Shown piece after piece: positions 1 to 14,599 of a DNA stretch of 64,000 bases (position 1 is the first letter of the stretch; every line of letters begins with the position of its first letter). Both the position numbers and the translations under genes were made by a program. Under the pieces are notes generated by a model. That model was not told the DNA's origin and made no database searches. It saw only the letters and a list, made by a program, of their open reading frames with translations. Source of the stretch: the human T2T-CHM13v2.0 reference genome, Homo sapiens; NCBI RefSeq assembly GCF_009914755.1, contig NC_060947.1; one strand, 5' to 3'.

Positions 1-1147
1 CTATAAGAACCCTAGAAGACAACCTAAACAATGCCGTTCTGCAAATAGGAAAGGGCAAAGATTTCATCATAAAGAAATCAAAAACAATTGCAACAAAAGC
101 AACAATCGACAAATGGGATCAATGTAATTAAAATAAAGAGCTTCCGCAGAGTAAAGGAAACTACCAAGACAGTGAATCGACAGCATACATAATGGGAAAC
201 ATTTCTGCAATCTATACATCTGGCAAAGGTCTAATATCCAGCATTTATAAGAACCTTAAAAAATGTCCAAGAAAATAAAAACAAACACCAACATTAAAAA
301 GTGGACAAAGAACATGAGCAGACACTTTTCCAAAGAAGACATGCATGCAGGCAACGATCATATAAAAAAAGCTCAACATCACCGATCATTATAGAAATGC
401 AAATCAAAACAACGAGATACCATCTCACACCAATCAGAATGGCTATTCAAAACTCAACAAACAGCAGTTTCTGGCAAGGTTGCGGGGAAAAGGGAACACT
501 TATACACTCTTGGTGGGAGTTAAATTAGTTCAACAATTGTGGAAGACAGTGTGGTGATTCCTCAGAGACCTAAAAATATAACTACCATTTGGCCCAGAAA
601 TCTCATTACTCGTTATATACCCACAGAAATATAAAATGTTCTATTATGAAGACACATGCATGCACTCATATGTTCATTGAAGCACTATTTGCAATAACAA
701 AGATGTAGAATCAACTCAAATGCCCATCAGTGGTAGGCTGGATAAAGAAAATGTGGTACATATACACCATGGAATATTATGCAGCTATAAAAAAAAGAAC
801 ATGTTCTTTGCAGCACCCTGGGTAGAACTGGACATCATTATCTTTAGCAAATTAATGCAGGAACAGAAAACCAAATACTGCTTGTTCTCACTTATAAGTG
901 GGAGCTAAATGATGAGAACAAATGCGCACATAGAGAGGAATGACACAACACTAGGGTCTATAGGAGAGAGAAAGGTGGAAGGAGGGAGAGGATCAGGAAG
1001 AATAACTAATGGATACTAGACTTAATACCTGGGTGATGAGATAATCTGTACAACAAACCCCCATGCAATAAATTTACCTATGTAACAAAGATGCACATCT
1101 ATCCCTTAACTTAAAATAAAAGTTAAATTGTAAAAAAGAAAAAGAAA
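1..1147 (+). mobile_element. L1 3' portion (end of ORF2, 3'UTR, A-rich tail), L1PA13-16-like; continues beyond the left edge
   Basis: Degenerate ORF2 C-terminal peptides ([15 protein letters not shown]; KLMQEQKTKYCLFSLISGS); 3'UTR 'gggtgatgagataatctgtacaacaaaccccc'; aataaa followed by an A-rich tail. Confidence 0.92.
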
Positions 1148-1633
1148 GTGATTCCTTGCCACCTTATCCCCCAAAGACATTCTATTTTCAACTATTTGAC
1201 TGATTTATTTGGTATTTAAATGAATACATGAAAATAACTTGCTTATATTACTACTTGATGATTTTCAGCTTTAAACATTATGTAATAATTTTTTCACTAA
1301 AGATAAGAAAACCTTAATCCTCTTTTTCCTGTCTGTTCCCAACACTAATGCTGAGTTAAAATAATATATCCTCCCATTGTACCTATATGAATATTTGATT
1401 GATATCAATATCTGTGGCTTATATCACTATGAAAACTATGTACCGTACCATTTACAATGCAGCCATGTAATATACTATGAATATCTTTTATTTTATGCCT
1501 AAGTTTTTAAATTCTTATTGGATTTAATCATTATATTGAATTTTTAGTTGCTTAATTTATTGTGTTATTATTAGTGTCTTAAAAGGCAATGCCTTCCCTC
1601 ATTTTGTAATTAGCTTCCTAGTCTATTCCAACA

Positions 1634-1670
1634 CTAATAATCCATTGTCTTCTAATAATCCATTGTCTTC
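1634..1670. repeat. Perfect 18-bp tandem duplication (ctaataatccattgtctt x2)
   Basis: Read directly from the sequence. Confidence 0.9.
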
Positions 1671-1879
1671 AAGTATCTCTAAGGGCTTCTGGCCTATTAA
1701 AGTCGGGAGTGGCTGCTCTCTAAACCCACTGAAAGCACTTGTCTTGTAATTTCTCTTCACCCTCACCGTGGGTTTTTCTATTTCTCTTTTGAATCCTCTC
1801 TTTCTTAGATACTAAGTCTTCTGTGTCTTGGTAGAGCCCATCCCATCCATTAGTAATTTCCTGGAAAGAGTGCATGAAA

Positions 1880-2150
1880 GTTTATTTTCAGAGACAATGC
1901 CTATGTGTAAGTATACTAATTCACCCTCACACTGGACTAGTAGTCCATATTTAGAATTCTAGACAGGCAATTATTATTCTTGAGAATTTTGATGACACCT
2001 TTCATGTATTTTCTAGCTTCCAATGTTACTATTGGGAAGTTTAACCCCTTTCTGATTATTTTTTGAATTAAATGAAGAAATATGTTTGTCTATTTTGCAA
2101 GTCTCTGAATGCTTTAGGGTTATATCTTTGTCTTTAATGTAATACAATTT
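1880..2150 (-). mobile_element. Ancient L1M/L1ME ORF1-region relic; resumes at about 4820-5430
   Basis: T-rich 'tagaattctagacaggcaattattattcttgagaattttg...ctagcttccaatgttactattggg' resembles antisense old L1 ORF1; highly diverged. Confidence 0.5.
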
Positions 2151-2172
2151 CAAAATAGTAGTTAAGATTCCT

Positions 2173-4594
2173 TGATATGGTTTGGCACTGTGTCCCCACC
2201 CAAATCTCATGTTGAATTGCAATCCACTATGTTGAGGGAGACACCTGGTGGGAGGTGATTGTATCATGGGGGCGGATTTCTCCCTCACTGTTCTCGTGAT
2301 AGTGAGTTCTCGTGAGATATGGTTGTTTGAAAGTGTGTAGCACTTCTCCCTTTGCTCTCTTTCTTCTGCCATCATATGAAGACATGTTTGCTTCTTCACT
2401 CTTCTGCCATGATTGTAAGTTTCCTGAGGCCTCCCAAGTCATTCCCTATACAGCCTTGTGGAACTGTGAGTCAGTTAAACCTCTATCCTTTATAAATTAC
2501 CCACTCTCAGGTAGTTCTTTGTAGCAGTGCAAGAACAAACTAATAAAGAACATTGGTACCAGAGAAGTGGGACATTGGAATAAAGAGACCTGAAAATGTA
2601 GAAGCGACTTTAGAACTTGGTAATGGGCAGAGACTGGAACAGTTTGGAGGCCTCAGAAGAAGACAGGAAGATGAGGGAAAAGTTGGAACTTCTTAGAGAC
2701 TTGATAAATGGTTTTGAACAAAATATTGGCAGTGATATGGACAGTGAAGCTCAGGCTGAGCAGGTCTCAGATGGAGATAAGGAACTTATTGGGAACTGAA
2801 GTAAAGGTGGCTCTTGTTATGCTTTAGCAAAGAGACTGGTGCCATTGTGCCCATGTTCCAGAGAACTGTGGAACTTTGAGCTTGACAGAGATAGTTTAGG
2901 ATATCTGGTGGAAGAAATCTCACAGCAACAAAGCATTCAAGATGTGGCCTGGATGCTTCTAAAGCCTATACTTATTTGCATAAACACAGAAATTGCCTGA
3001 AACTAGAACTAATATTTAAAAGAAATGTAGAGCATAGAAGTTTGGAAAATTTGCAACCCAGCCATGTGGTAGAAAAGAAAAACCCATTTTCACAGGAGAA
3101 ATTCAAGCCTGCAGCAGAAATTTGCACAAGTAAAGAAGAGCCAAATGTTAGTAGCCAAGGTAATGGGGAAAATGCCTCCAAGCCATTTCAGAGACCTTCA
3201 CAGTAGCCCCTCCCATCAAAGGCTTGAGCGCCTAGGAGGGAAAAATGGTTTAGTGGCCCTGGTCCCTGCTGCTCTGGACAGCCTCAGGTCATTGTGCCCT
3301 GCATCCCAGCCACTTCAGCTCCAGGTGTGCATAAAAGGGCCCCAGATATATCCAGGCCACTCTTTTAGAGGGTGCAAGCCACAAGCCTTGGCAGCTTCCA
3401 TGTGATGTTTAGCCTGGGGGTGTGCAGAGGGCAAGAGTTGAGGCTTGGGGGCGTCTGCATAGATTTCAGATCATGTATGAAAATGCCTGGATGTCCAGGC
3501 AGATGTCTGCTGCTGGGGCAGAGCCCTCATGAAGAACCTCTACTAGGGCATTGTGGAAGGGAAATGTGGTGTTGGAACCCCCACACAGAGACCCCACTGG
3601 GGCACTGCATAGTGAATCTGTGAGAAGCGGTCCACCATCCTCCATACCCCAGAATAGCAGATCCAGCAACAGCTTGCACTGTGTGGCTGAAAAAGCTGCA
3701 TGCACTTAATGCCAACCTGTAAAAGCAGCCATGGGGGGCTTTACCCTGAAAAGCCACAGACTCAGAGCTGCTCAAGGCCTTGGGAGCCCACCCCTTGTGT
3801 CAGTGTGGCCTGGATGTGAAACATGGAGTTAAAAAAGATTATTTTGGAGCTTTAAGACATAAGGCTGCCCTTCTGTGTTTCAGACTTGCATGAGGCCTGT
3901 AGCTCTTTTGATTTGGCTGCTTTCTCCCTTTTGGAATGGGAGCATTTACCCACTGCCTGTACCTCTATTGTATCTTGGAAGTAACTAACTGTTTTTTTGT
4001 GGGTTTTTTTTTTGTTGCTGTTGTTGTTGTTTTGTTTGTTTGCTTTTTACAGGCTTATAAGTGGAAGGTACTTGCCTTGTCTCAGATGAGATTTGGAATT
4101 TGTTAGACTTTTGATTTAATGCTGAAATGAGTTAAGACTTTGTGGGACTGTTGGCAAGTTATAATTGTGTTTTGAAATGTGAGAAGGACATGAGATTTGG
4201 GAGGGGCCAGGGGCAGAATACATGCTTTGGATTTGTGTCCCCATTCAAATCTCATCTTTATTTGTAATCCTCAGTGTTGGGGGAGAGACCTGGCGGGAGG
4301 TGATTGGATCATGGGGGCAGATTTCTCCCTTACTGTTATCATGATAGTGAGTTCTCATAAGATCTGGCTGTTTGTAGGTGTGTAGCATCTCCTCCTCTGT
4401 TCTCTGTCTCTCCTGCCACCATGTGAAGATGTGCTTGCTTCTCCTTTACCCTTCTGCCACGATTGTAAGTTTCCTGAGGCCTGCCCAGTCATGCCTCCTA
4501 TACAGCCTGTGGAACTGTGCCTCAATTAAACATCTTTTTTTAATTACCCAGTCTAAGATAGTTCTTTATAGTAGTGTGAGAACAGATTAATACA
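2173..4594 (+). mobile_element. Near-complete MaLR LTR retrotransposon, MSTA-type (5' LTR 2173-2547, internal 2548-4218, 3' LTR ~4219-4594)
   Basis: Termini tgatatggtttgg...taataca; two homologous LTRs; purine tract before the 3' LTR; MaLR ORF remnant (SEEDRKMREKLELLRDL); 5-bp TSD ttcct/gtcct. Confidence 0.93.
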
Positions 4595-4599
4595 GTCCT

Positions 4600-4810
4600 T
4601 GAGATCAAATCACTGTTCTGTGTAATCTTGACCTAATTATTTAACCATTGTGAAGGTCTTACATGTAAATTAACCTCATCTTTAAAAATGAGCATCATAA
4701 TAACATGCACATCTTGGAGATGTTGAGAGCATTAAAGTGGGTTAATTACATGAAAAGTGTTTAGAACAATGGCTGGCATGGGGTAAGTACTTGGTAAACA
4801 TTGTAAGTGT
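4600..4810 (+). mobile_element. MIR SINE relic; its 5' end lies at about 2150-2172, split off by the MSTA element
   Basis: 'cctcatctttaaaaatgag...aaagtgtttagaacaatggctggcatggggtaagtacttggtaaa' matches the MIR core and 3' end. Confidence 0.7.
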
Positions 4811-5176
4811 TCATATGGGTCCATTTTCTATCATTGTGCTGGAACTTGATGAACCCAAATAATATGGAAGCTCATATATTTTAGAGTGGATAAAATTACC
4901 TGAAAAAAACTTTTTGGTAATTTTCTACTCTCTATTTTCTGAGGTCTCCCTCTCTGGAATTTGGACTAACCTCTAATTGTCTTATTTACTTCTCTTACTG
5001 TTTAATCCATCTGTTTGTTTTATTTTCTAAGATACATTCTCAACTCTATCTCTCAACCACTTTTTTCATTTTTTTCTTCATTTCTTTTCATTTCTCTTAA
5101 TAAAGTTTTAATTTCTAGGACATTTAAATTTTTTTTCTGAATGTTTTACTTTTATTCCATATGTTCTTATTTCACT

Positions 5177-5177
<1 letters not shown>

Positions 5178-5202
<25 letters not shown>
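5178..5202. repeat. (TA)n microsatellite
   Basis: Read directly from the sequence. Confidence 0.9.
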
Positions 5203-5207
<5 letters not shown>

Positions 5208-5441
5208 GTTTGTAAATTTTCTTCTATGTTCATGATCTGTTTCTGCTAATTTGATTATTTGTATACTTTTGGTTTGCTTGTTATGCTCTCTTTCAACCTC
5301 TTTGCTTTACTCAAATGCTTGTTAATGCTCACTACATAATTATATTTATGAGTGAAGTGCTGAAACTGATTAGAAGCTCTCTACACAAGGATATGGTTTT
5401 TAGACTATGTTCTTCAACGTAGAGTGGTCTGTTTAAGCCAA

Positions 5442-5555
5442 TTTTTAAATTTATCTTAGTTTTTAATTGGTACATAAAATTGTACACATTTATGAGGTGC
5501 AGTGTGATATTTAAATACATATATACATTGTATAATAATCCATTCACGATGTTTT
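5442..5555 (-). mobile_element. Short L1MA-type extreme 3' end
   Basis: 'tttttaattggtacataaaattgtacacatttatgaggtgcagtgtgatattt' is an antisense L1MA terminus. Confidence 0.65.
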
Positions 5556-8256
5556 GCATGCTTATAGGGAAACCCAATGTCCATATCAATAGATCTCTTT
5601 TCTAGGGCAGTATAATCTTCCAGAGAAGTGTGTCCAGTATTTTTTTTTTTTGTGGGTCTTATCCTGGCGGCCATCATTATGGGGTAAGAACCCTGGGGGT
5701 CTCAACATTCATTTAGTACATAGCTCCCTGTATTCAAGATCATACAAGTTCACCTCTGCTAGATGTACCTCAGTCATGATACCTCTATTTCATCTTTTCT
5801 AAAGAATAAAACTTCAGCCTTCTGCTGAAGTTGGGAAGACAAAGGTTTTGTACGTTGAGAGGAGAAATAAGATTTTATTTTATTTTATTACTATTTTATT
5901 TTACTGTATAGTTTTTAGATCTACCCTGCCATTTTCAGCTCAGCTTGCCTCACTACTGCCAGAGGTACCTGATGTTTGCAATTCCTAAACTTTGGGAAGA
6001 TATCTCCACTTTTCCAACTTCTACCTTAAGATTCAGGTTTCCTGGGCCTGCTAAGTCAGTTGTCAATCACCCACCTCATTTTCAGCTTCCAAATTTGTCA
6101 CTATTTTGTCCCTTTCTATCTTTTTTGTCAATGTATGAATTTTAACAATTTTAAATATTATTATAGGGAGGTTTTATGAACTAGCAGAAATAAATGCATA
6201 TATCTTGTCTACCATCTTTATCTGTAAGTCTTTCAAAACTACTTTGCAAAATTTTTTGCTGTAATAATTTTATCTTCAATTATATTTGATATATGGACAG
6301 AAGTTTAAAGACGTTTCCTATATGCGTCCTTAAACTTTGATTCAGTATGCTATCTAAAGACAAAATAAGCCAATTTCCTGTAACCTGTATGGTAGGTAAA
6401 AACTACTCCTTTACTTGGAAGAGGTGTATGATGATTTACATTGCTCAAAACTAAGAACTCTGGTTCACAGTAACAATGCTGTAGAAAACTAAACATGTAA
6501 GTTAAAAGAAGTACTAGATTTAACAAATTAAACATAATCAGGGCTCAACAATCTCTTTAGCATACATGCCTTGTAAGCAGAAATGCTAGGAGCATCAAAT
6601 TTTTAAATTTAACCTGGTTATTATGGTTCTTAAATTAACTATTATAATAATATTTCAATACGGTTATGTTTTGAACTTTTAATAGATAATTATGAAAAGA
6701 TGGTAAGTAAGGCAGATGCACGGCAAATTATAAATTGATACAACTAATAATGTTATAGTTTCTTAAAAGGACAAATGAAGTGCCTAGATAAAGAAAAAGG
6801 TTTCTAAGATTAGAAGGTATATTTCAATAACAATTAAAATATTATATTTCCACTATTTATTTTTAAAAATAATTGTTCCTAAGTTCCTTGATGAATATGC
6901 TATGCTGCTTATCTCTTAGCGACTTCAAGCGGCATAAAAAATACATTTTTTCAAACCTCTGAAAATGAATCAAATCTTAAACTAAGTAATTTTTCCAATC
7001 TTATTTTCTCTCATAATAATTTTCCTTTAAAAGCAATCCCACTTTATAGGTTTCTTTTTGCTAATGTCTAGTGGCAAAGCAAGACTTTTTTCAAAGTGAA
7101 AATTTTAAAAATCACTGATTTGTGGCCAGTAATAAAGACCATTCACCTGTAAAGGGTTATCATGATTAATTAAGTATTAGCTCTGCAGAAAATAATAACC
7201 CTCTGTGAAGTTTCTAGTAGTATTAAAGATAAAATCACTAACAGAGTAAAAATCAGAAATAGTTATAAATGCAGCACAACTTTTCATGTCTAATCCATTG
7301 TCATCATTTAATAATCATGTGCAAAGAACATATTAACAATAAGAACTGTAAGGTTATTTTTCTATGAACTGGACAAAAATTCAACCCTATTAAGTTCACT
7401 TTGGTTTAAAAATGAAATTCAGTATCATTCATGAAGTGTTGGAGGTGTTGCTACCGCTGTATAACCAATTAGTAAATGTGTTAAAATAAAGGATAGTATC
7501 CTCTGTCACACTCTCTCTCATTGCCAAAGTTTAAAATCTGTACATTTTTTTGTAAGTAGTATATATTTGGAAGTTTATAAAGATAACTTTTTGGGTCCTT
7601 CATATTCTGCATTAAAAGTTATAGTTTAAATATATTTTAACAGCTTAATTGTGACCGATTACCAATTAGCTGAGAACTCTATTTGTTTCACAATTGAGGT
7701 CAATGGAGTTGATCATTGAATGCCTTTAAACATTTTGGTCTGACTTGCAGTTTTCAGATGCTAGTGTTATTCAATGACATTAGTATTGTTTAAGGAACCC
7801 TCTGTTTGTAGAAATGTTTAATGGCTTTATTTATTTATTCACTTAAAACATTTTTTTGCTGGATGCAGAGGGTATTTTTTATGAATAAAGAGGCTGGCTT
7901 AGGAACTTTGGCTTAGGCACCCAGGCCCGGAAGGATTTCAACCACCTAAGCTAAGCAATCAAGTACTTAGGGTTTAGTTTGTCTTCCCTCAAATAATGTA
8001 CTTGAAAGGCTCAAAGAGTAATTCTGATATCTTAGTAGATATTATGTAGATTTAATTGTTTTCATAATAAAAAAACATTTTGTCTGATTTGGTTTATCGG
8101 TTAAAGTACCCTAATTCCGTATGTTGTCATTTTAAGCTTTTTATTGTTGCTGACAGAGGACATTCAGAAGTAGAATGGGAAATAAATGGATAATAAAAAT
8201 GTTAGGAAATTAGAAAACTTGGATAGCTTTATGGTGCTGATAGTTAATTAAATTAG

Positions 8257-8586
<330 letters not shown>

Positions 8587-8974
8587 AAGGCTACTAATTT
8601 TTAAAAAGTACATTTTAACTTACCAATAACTTTACTCAGTGTTTCTCCCGGTTTTTCTAATCTTTCTTTTATTCTCCAGGACAACAACACTTTCTTAACA
8701 TAATGCTTGTTGTTCACTCACAAGTTCTTTTATTCTTGAACTCATAAAGTATAGAAAATATTTTCAATTGCAGTATTTATGTGTGCTTTCCATACTGAGC
8801 TGAAAAATAAGCTGATCTACAAAAACAATATTCTATACAGCTATGCATACAATTTAGTTAATAAAGAAAGTGGATTAATAGTCATATAGTGCTGAATGCA
8901 ATCATTTTTTATTAGAAGTTAAATGCATCTACTAGTTTCAAAGCTTATTATTTCTGTGTATAGTGCGATAATTA

Positions 8975-9210
8975 GATAATATTAGTAATTGATGAGCATT
9001 TAATATGTGTTAAGCAATATGGTAAATGCCTTCCATGAATTATATCTTGAAATCTATGAATGCATTTTTCATTTCACCTATAAGTGATTGAAATTTAGAG
9101 GTTGCTTAGGTTAAACAGCTTGTTTAAGGCTGCTCAGCTAATAAATGACAGAGGCAGAATTTGAACACAGTATATAAAATTAAAGAATCCATGCTTTTAA
9201 GCACAATACT
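8975..9210 (-). mobile_element. MIR relic
   Basis: 'cttgtttaaggctgctcagctaataaatgacagaggcagaatttgaac' matches the antisense MIR core. Confidence 0.7.
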
Positions 9211-9839
9211 AAATTATGTTTAGATGATAATATGGATTGAATATGCATCATTCAGATATAACTCTCTCAACTTGTACTTTTATGGAAACAAAGAATTGAA
9301 TATTCTGATGGAAAACATTGATAATTATGATAATTATCAATGAAATGTCCCATTGATGGAACTTGAATAAAATGCTTTTAAGTTGAAAATGTGCAGTATA
9401 CTGAAAACTTTTTGGATATATTTTCTACACTTTTTCTGTTAAAGTTAAATGAATTTAATAAACTCATTGGGTTGATATAATCTCAGCTATAAGTATTGCA
9501 AGTGAGGAACTTTATTGTCATATCTGGAAATAAAATGAAAATTAACAGGGATCAATCATTGTTTATAGGGATGAGAGGCACACCTAGGACTTATTAGGCA
9601 AGGTTATGCTGCTTTAAAATTACCTTGTAATATTGGTTTTACACATGTCAGAAATGTTACTAATCTATTTTATAATTAAAGTGGTAAGTTTTCACAAATT
9701 TGTGGTAGGCAAAAGAGGGATTGAAAATAAAAACATTGTTTCCTACTATTGGTATCGAAAATAATTAGTATTTTCTATGTTATCCATATGTACTTACTCA
9801 GAAAATCTTCTCTTTTTAATTAAGAGATTTGATTACAGT

Positions 9840-11291
9840 TTTAGTTTTTATTTTTTTAATTGACAAACAAAAATTGTATATATTTGTGGTATCCAACATG
9901 ATGATTTGGTGTTTATTTAAATTGTGTAATGCCTAAATCAAGTTAATTAACATATTCCTGACCTCCTCACACACTTGTCATTTTTTGAAGTGAAAACATT
10001 TAAAATCTACTCTGATAGCAATTTTCAGTTATAAAATATGTTATTAACTATAGTTACCCTGTTGTACAATAGACCAACATGGTCTGAACTTATTCCTGCT
10101 ATTGGACTGAAATTTGTGTTCTTTGACCAATATCTCTCAAATTCTCCCCTCTCCCCGAAGTTCCTGGTAACCACCATTCTATCCTCTGCTTCTATGAGTT
10201 TGACTTCCTGAGATTCGACACATAAATGAGATCATGCAATATTTGTCTTTCTGTGCCTGGTATATTTCACTTAGCATAATGTTCTTAGGGTTCATCCAGG
10301 GTTACAAATGACAGAATTTCGTTTTTTCTTAAGGCTAAATAGTATTCTATTGTGTACACATACCAAATTTTCTTTATTCTTTCATTTGTTGATGGACACA
10401 TGTTGATCTTAGCTATTGTGAATAACACTGTAATAAATATGTGAGTGCAGTTATCTCTTTGACATAGTGATTTCATTTTATTTAAATTACAGACTTAGAA
10501 GAGTAATTGCTGGGTCATATGGTAGTACTATTTTTAATTTTGCGGTGTATCTCCACACTGTTTTTCACAATGGCTATAACATTCTACATTCCCACCAAGA
10601 GTGTACAAGGGTTCTCTTTCCTCCACATCCTTGCCAATACTTGTTTATCTCCTGACTTTTTTGATAATAGCCATTCAAACAGATGTGAGGTGATATATCA
10701 TTATAATTTTAATTTTAATTTCCCTGATGATTAGTAATGCTGAGCATTTTATGTTTTTCATATACCTGTTAGTTATTTAAATGCCTTCTTTTGAAAAGTG
10801 CCTATTCAGGTCCTTTGAAAATTTTTAATCAAGTTATTTGTTTTTCTGATATTTAGTTCAGTTTCCTATATATTTTGAATATTAACCTCTTATTAGATGA
10901 CTGCTTTGCAAATATTTTCTTCCATTCCATAGATTGTCTCTTCATTCTGTTGATTGTTTTCTTTGCTGCACATAAGCCTTTTAGTTTTATACAGTTCCAT
11001 TTGTTTATATTCCCTTTTATTGTCTGTGCTTTCAGGACCATATCTAAAAAATCTTTTTCCAGACTAATGTCAAGAAGATTTTCTCAATGACTTTCTCTAA
11101 TCGTTTGACAGTTTCAAGTCTTAGATTTAAGTTCTTTTTCCATTTTGAGTTGTTTTTTCTATGTGGGGAGAGATAAGGGCCCTTTTTTATTTTTCTGCAT
11201 GAGGATATCCAGCTTTCCCAACACCATTTATTGAAGAGACTGTCTCTTCCTCAACTGTGTGTTCTCATTTTTGTGAAAGTCTGTTGGCTGT
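9840..11291 (-). mobile_element. 5'-truncated L1MA-type element (3'UTR and end of ORF2)
   Basis: Antisense L1MA 3' end 'ttttaattgacaaacaaaaattgtatatatt'; ORF2 peptides (INKWNCIKLKGLCAAKKTINRMKRQ). Confidence 0.88.
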
Positions 11292-11480
11292 GGTGCAGTT
11301 GTTACAATTGATGAACCAATATTGATACACTATCATTAACTAAAGTTAACAGTTTACATTAGGGTTTACTCTGTGGTACAATTCTATGTATTCTGGCAAA
11401 TGCATAATGTCATGTGTCCACTATTACAACATTATACAGAAAAAATTCACTGCCTTAAAATTCCCCTGTGCTACCACAAT

Positions 11481-13135
11481 TCATTTGTGTGTCTTCTTTT
11501 GAGAAATGTGTATTTGAATATTTTGCCTATTTTTTATTGGATTATTAGATTTTTTTTCCTATAGAGTTGTTTGAGGTCCTTATATATTCTGGTTATTCAT
11601 CCCTTGTCAGATGGGTAACTTGCAAATACTTTCTCCTATTCTGTGGGTTGTCTCTTCATTTTGTTGACTGTTTCCTTTGCTGTAAGGAAGCTTTTAAACT
11701 TGATATGATCCCATTTGTCTATTTTTGGTTTGGTTGCCTGTGCTTTTGGGGTATTGCTCAATAAATTTATTCCCAGACCAATGTCTTGGAGAGTTTCCCC
11801 CAATATTTTCTTGTAGCAGTTTCATATTTTGAGATCTTAGACTTAAGTATTAATCCATTTTGACTTGATTTTTGTATAAAGTGAGAGACAGGGATCGAGT
11901 TTAATCTTCTGCATATGGATATTCATTTTCCCAGCATCATTTACTGGATAGACTGGCTTGTCTCCAATGTATGTTAGTGGCATCTTTCTTGAAAAGGAGT
12001 TTACTGTAAGTGTGTAGATTTGTTCCTGTGTTATTTATTCTGTTTCATTGGTCTGTATTTCTGCTTTCATGACAGTACCATATTTTTTTGGTCACTGTAG
12101 TTCTACAGTATAATTTGAAGTCAAGTAATGGGATTCCTCCAGTTTTGTTCTTTTTCTCAGGATGGTTTTGGGCCTTCTGGATCTTTTGTTACTTTGTATA
12201 AATTGTAAGAATATTTTTTCCCTTTCTGTGAAGAATGTGATTAGTATTTCGATAGAGATTGCATTGAATTTAGACATTGATTTGTGTAGTATGAACATTT
12301 TAACAATATTGATTATTCTAATCCATAAACATGAAATGTCCTTTCATTTTGTTGTGTGTCCTCTTCAATTTCTTTTATCAGTGTTTTATTGTTTTTATTG
12401 TAGAGATTTGTCATGCCTTTGGTTAAGTTAATTCCTAAGTACTTATTAATACTTGCATTTTTGGCTATTGCAAATGAAGTTACTGTTTTGATTTCTTTTT
12501 TACATTGTTCAATGTTGGCATATAGAAATGCTACAGATTTTTGCAGGTGAATTTTGTGCCCTTCAGTTTGACTGAATTTGTTTATCAATTCTAATAGTAT
12601 TTTGGTAATGTCTTTAGGTTTTTTCTCAATATAATATTATATTATCTGCAGCAAAAATAATTTGACTTCTCCCTTTTGTAATTTGGATGCCCTTTATATC
12701 TTTCTTTTGTCTGATTCCCCTAGCTAGGACCTCTAGTACTATGTTGAATAATAGTGGTGACAGTGACCATATTTGTCACATTTCCTATCTTAGAGGAAAC
12801 ATTTTCAGTTTTTCCCCATTCAGTATGATACTAGCTGTGGGTCTGTCACATATGGCTTTTATTATTTGGAGGTTGTTTCTTCTGTCCCAACTTTCTGACA
12901 GTTTTTCTAATGAAGAGATGTTGAAATTCATCAAATGCTTTTTCAGCATCAATTAAATTATCTTTTTTATCATTCATTATTTTAATATGATGTATCACAC
13001 TGATTGATTTGCATATGTTGGCCCATCCTTCTATCTCTGGGACAAATCCCACTTGGTCATGATGAATGATCTTTTTAATGTATTATTGAAATCAGTTTAC
13101 TAATATTTTATCCAGGATATTTGCTTCAATATTCA
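11481..13135 (-). mobile_element. Internal L1MA-type ORF2 fragment lacking 3'UTR and tail
   Basis: ORF2 peptides [34 protein letters not shown]. Confidence 0.85.
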
Positions 13136-14599
13136 ATGTAACCTTTTCATACTGGCTTTTTTAAACCTCTGAATAATATTCCAATTTATGGATGTACTAT
13201 GGAATATTTATTCACCTCTTGAAGCACATTTTGGTAGCTTCCATGGTTTGAAAATTATTAATAAAGTAGTTACTGACTTTTATGTGCAAGGTTTTCTCTG
13301 GACGTAAGTTTTTAATACATTTGAGTAAAGACATGGGATCGTGATTATGGAATTTTATGGTAAGATTATGGTTAGCTTGTAAAAAGCTGCCAAATACCTT
13401 CTAAAGTGTCTATACATTTTTGCATCCTGCCAGCAACGAATAACAATCTGCATTGTTTCACAAACTCACCAGCATTTGATGTTGTTAGTGTTTGGGATTT
13501 AGCATTTCTCAGAGGTGTGTCTTTGTTTTACTTTTTAATTCTATTATGACATGTGATGTTTGGTGTCTTTTCATATGCTTATTTCCCATCTGTATATATT
13601 ATTTGATGTGGTGTCTTTTCAGCTATTATACACAGTTTTTATTTGGGTTATTTGTTTTCTTTTTGTTGAGTTATAAGGGTTCTTTGTATATGTTGAATAC
13701 AAGGTTCTGTTTTTTTTTTTCAGATATGTGTTTAACTCCAATCGGTGACTCATCTTTTAATTCTGTTACAATGGCTTTCATAGAGCAGAATTTTTTATTA
13801 TAATGAAGTTTAATTTATCATTTTTTTCATGAAGGGTGCTTTCAGTATTGTAAGTAAAAGTTTATTGACAAATCCCCAGTCACCTAGATCTTTCTCTCAT
13901 ATTTTCATGAGATTTATAGTGTTGCATTTTATATTTAGGTATATGTTTCATTTCAAGTTAATTATCACATAAGTTTTTAAATCAGTGTCAAGATTCATTT
14001 TCTTGCATATGGATCTCTTGTTGTTTAATTACCATTATTTAAAAGACTATCCTTTCTTCATTGAATGGCCTTTTCTCATTTATCCAAAATCAGCTGACTC
14101 TATATGTTTAAATTTATTTCTGGGTTCTCCATTTTGTTCCACTATCTGTTATTTCACCAACACAATACTGTCTTGACTGTTTTAGGTTTATAATAATTTC
14201 TAACAATGAGTAGTGGGAGTATTCCAAATCAGATATTCTTAAATATATTGTTAGCTCTCTGGGGTATATTCTTTTCCATATAAACTTCAGCATAAACTTA
14301 GTAACAGGAATAGCTAACTGTTAGACATTTCATTGAGATTTTATTAAATTTAGAGATCAAATTGGGAAGCACTGATATCTTAACCATATTACAACTTCCT
14401 ATTCTTGAACATGGAATATCTCCCCAGGTACTTAAATATTTGATTTCTTTTATCAGAAATTTGTATTTTGTTTCATATGAATCTTTTTAATTCCATCCAA
14501 TGCATACACAATGAAGAAAAAAGGAAATGATACATTTATTGAAACTACCATTTAGAAGAAGAGAGAAAGGGAAATAACTAACATTAGTCAGGAGTTCTG

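Noticed and set aside
6350-6535. Minus-strand 61-aa ORF with an acceptor-like 'ttttctacag'
   Set aside because: No recognisable homology, convincing donor or partner exons
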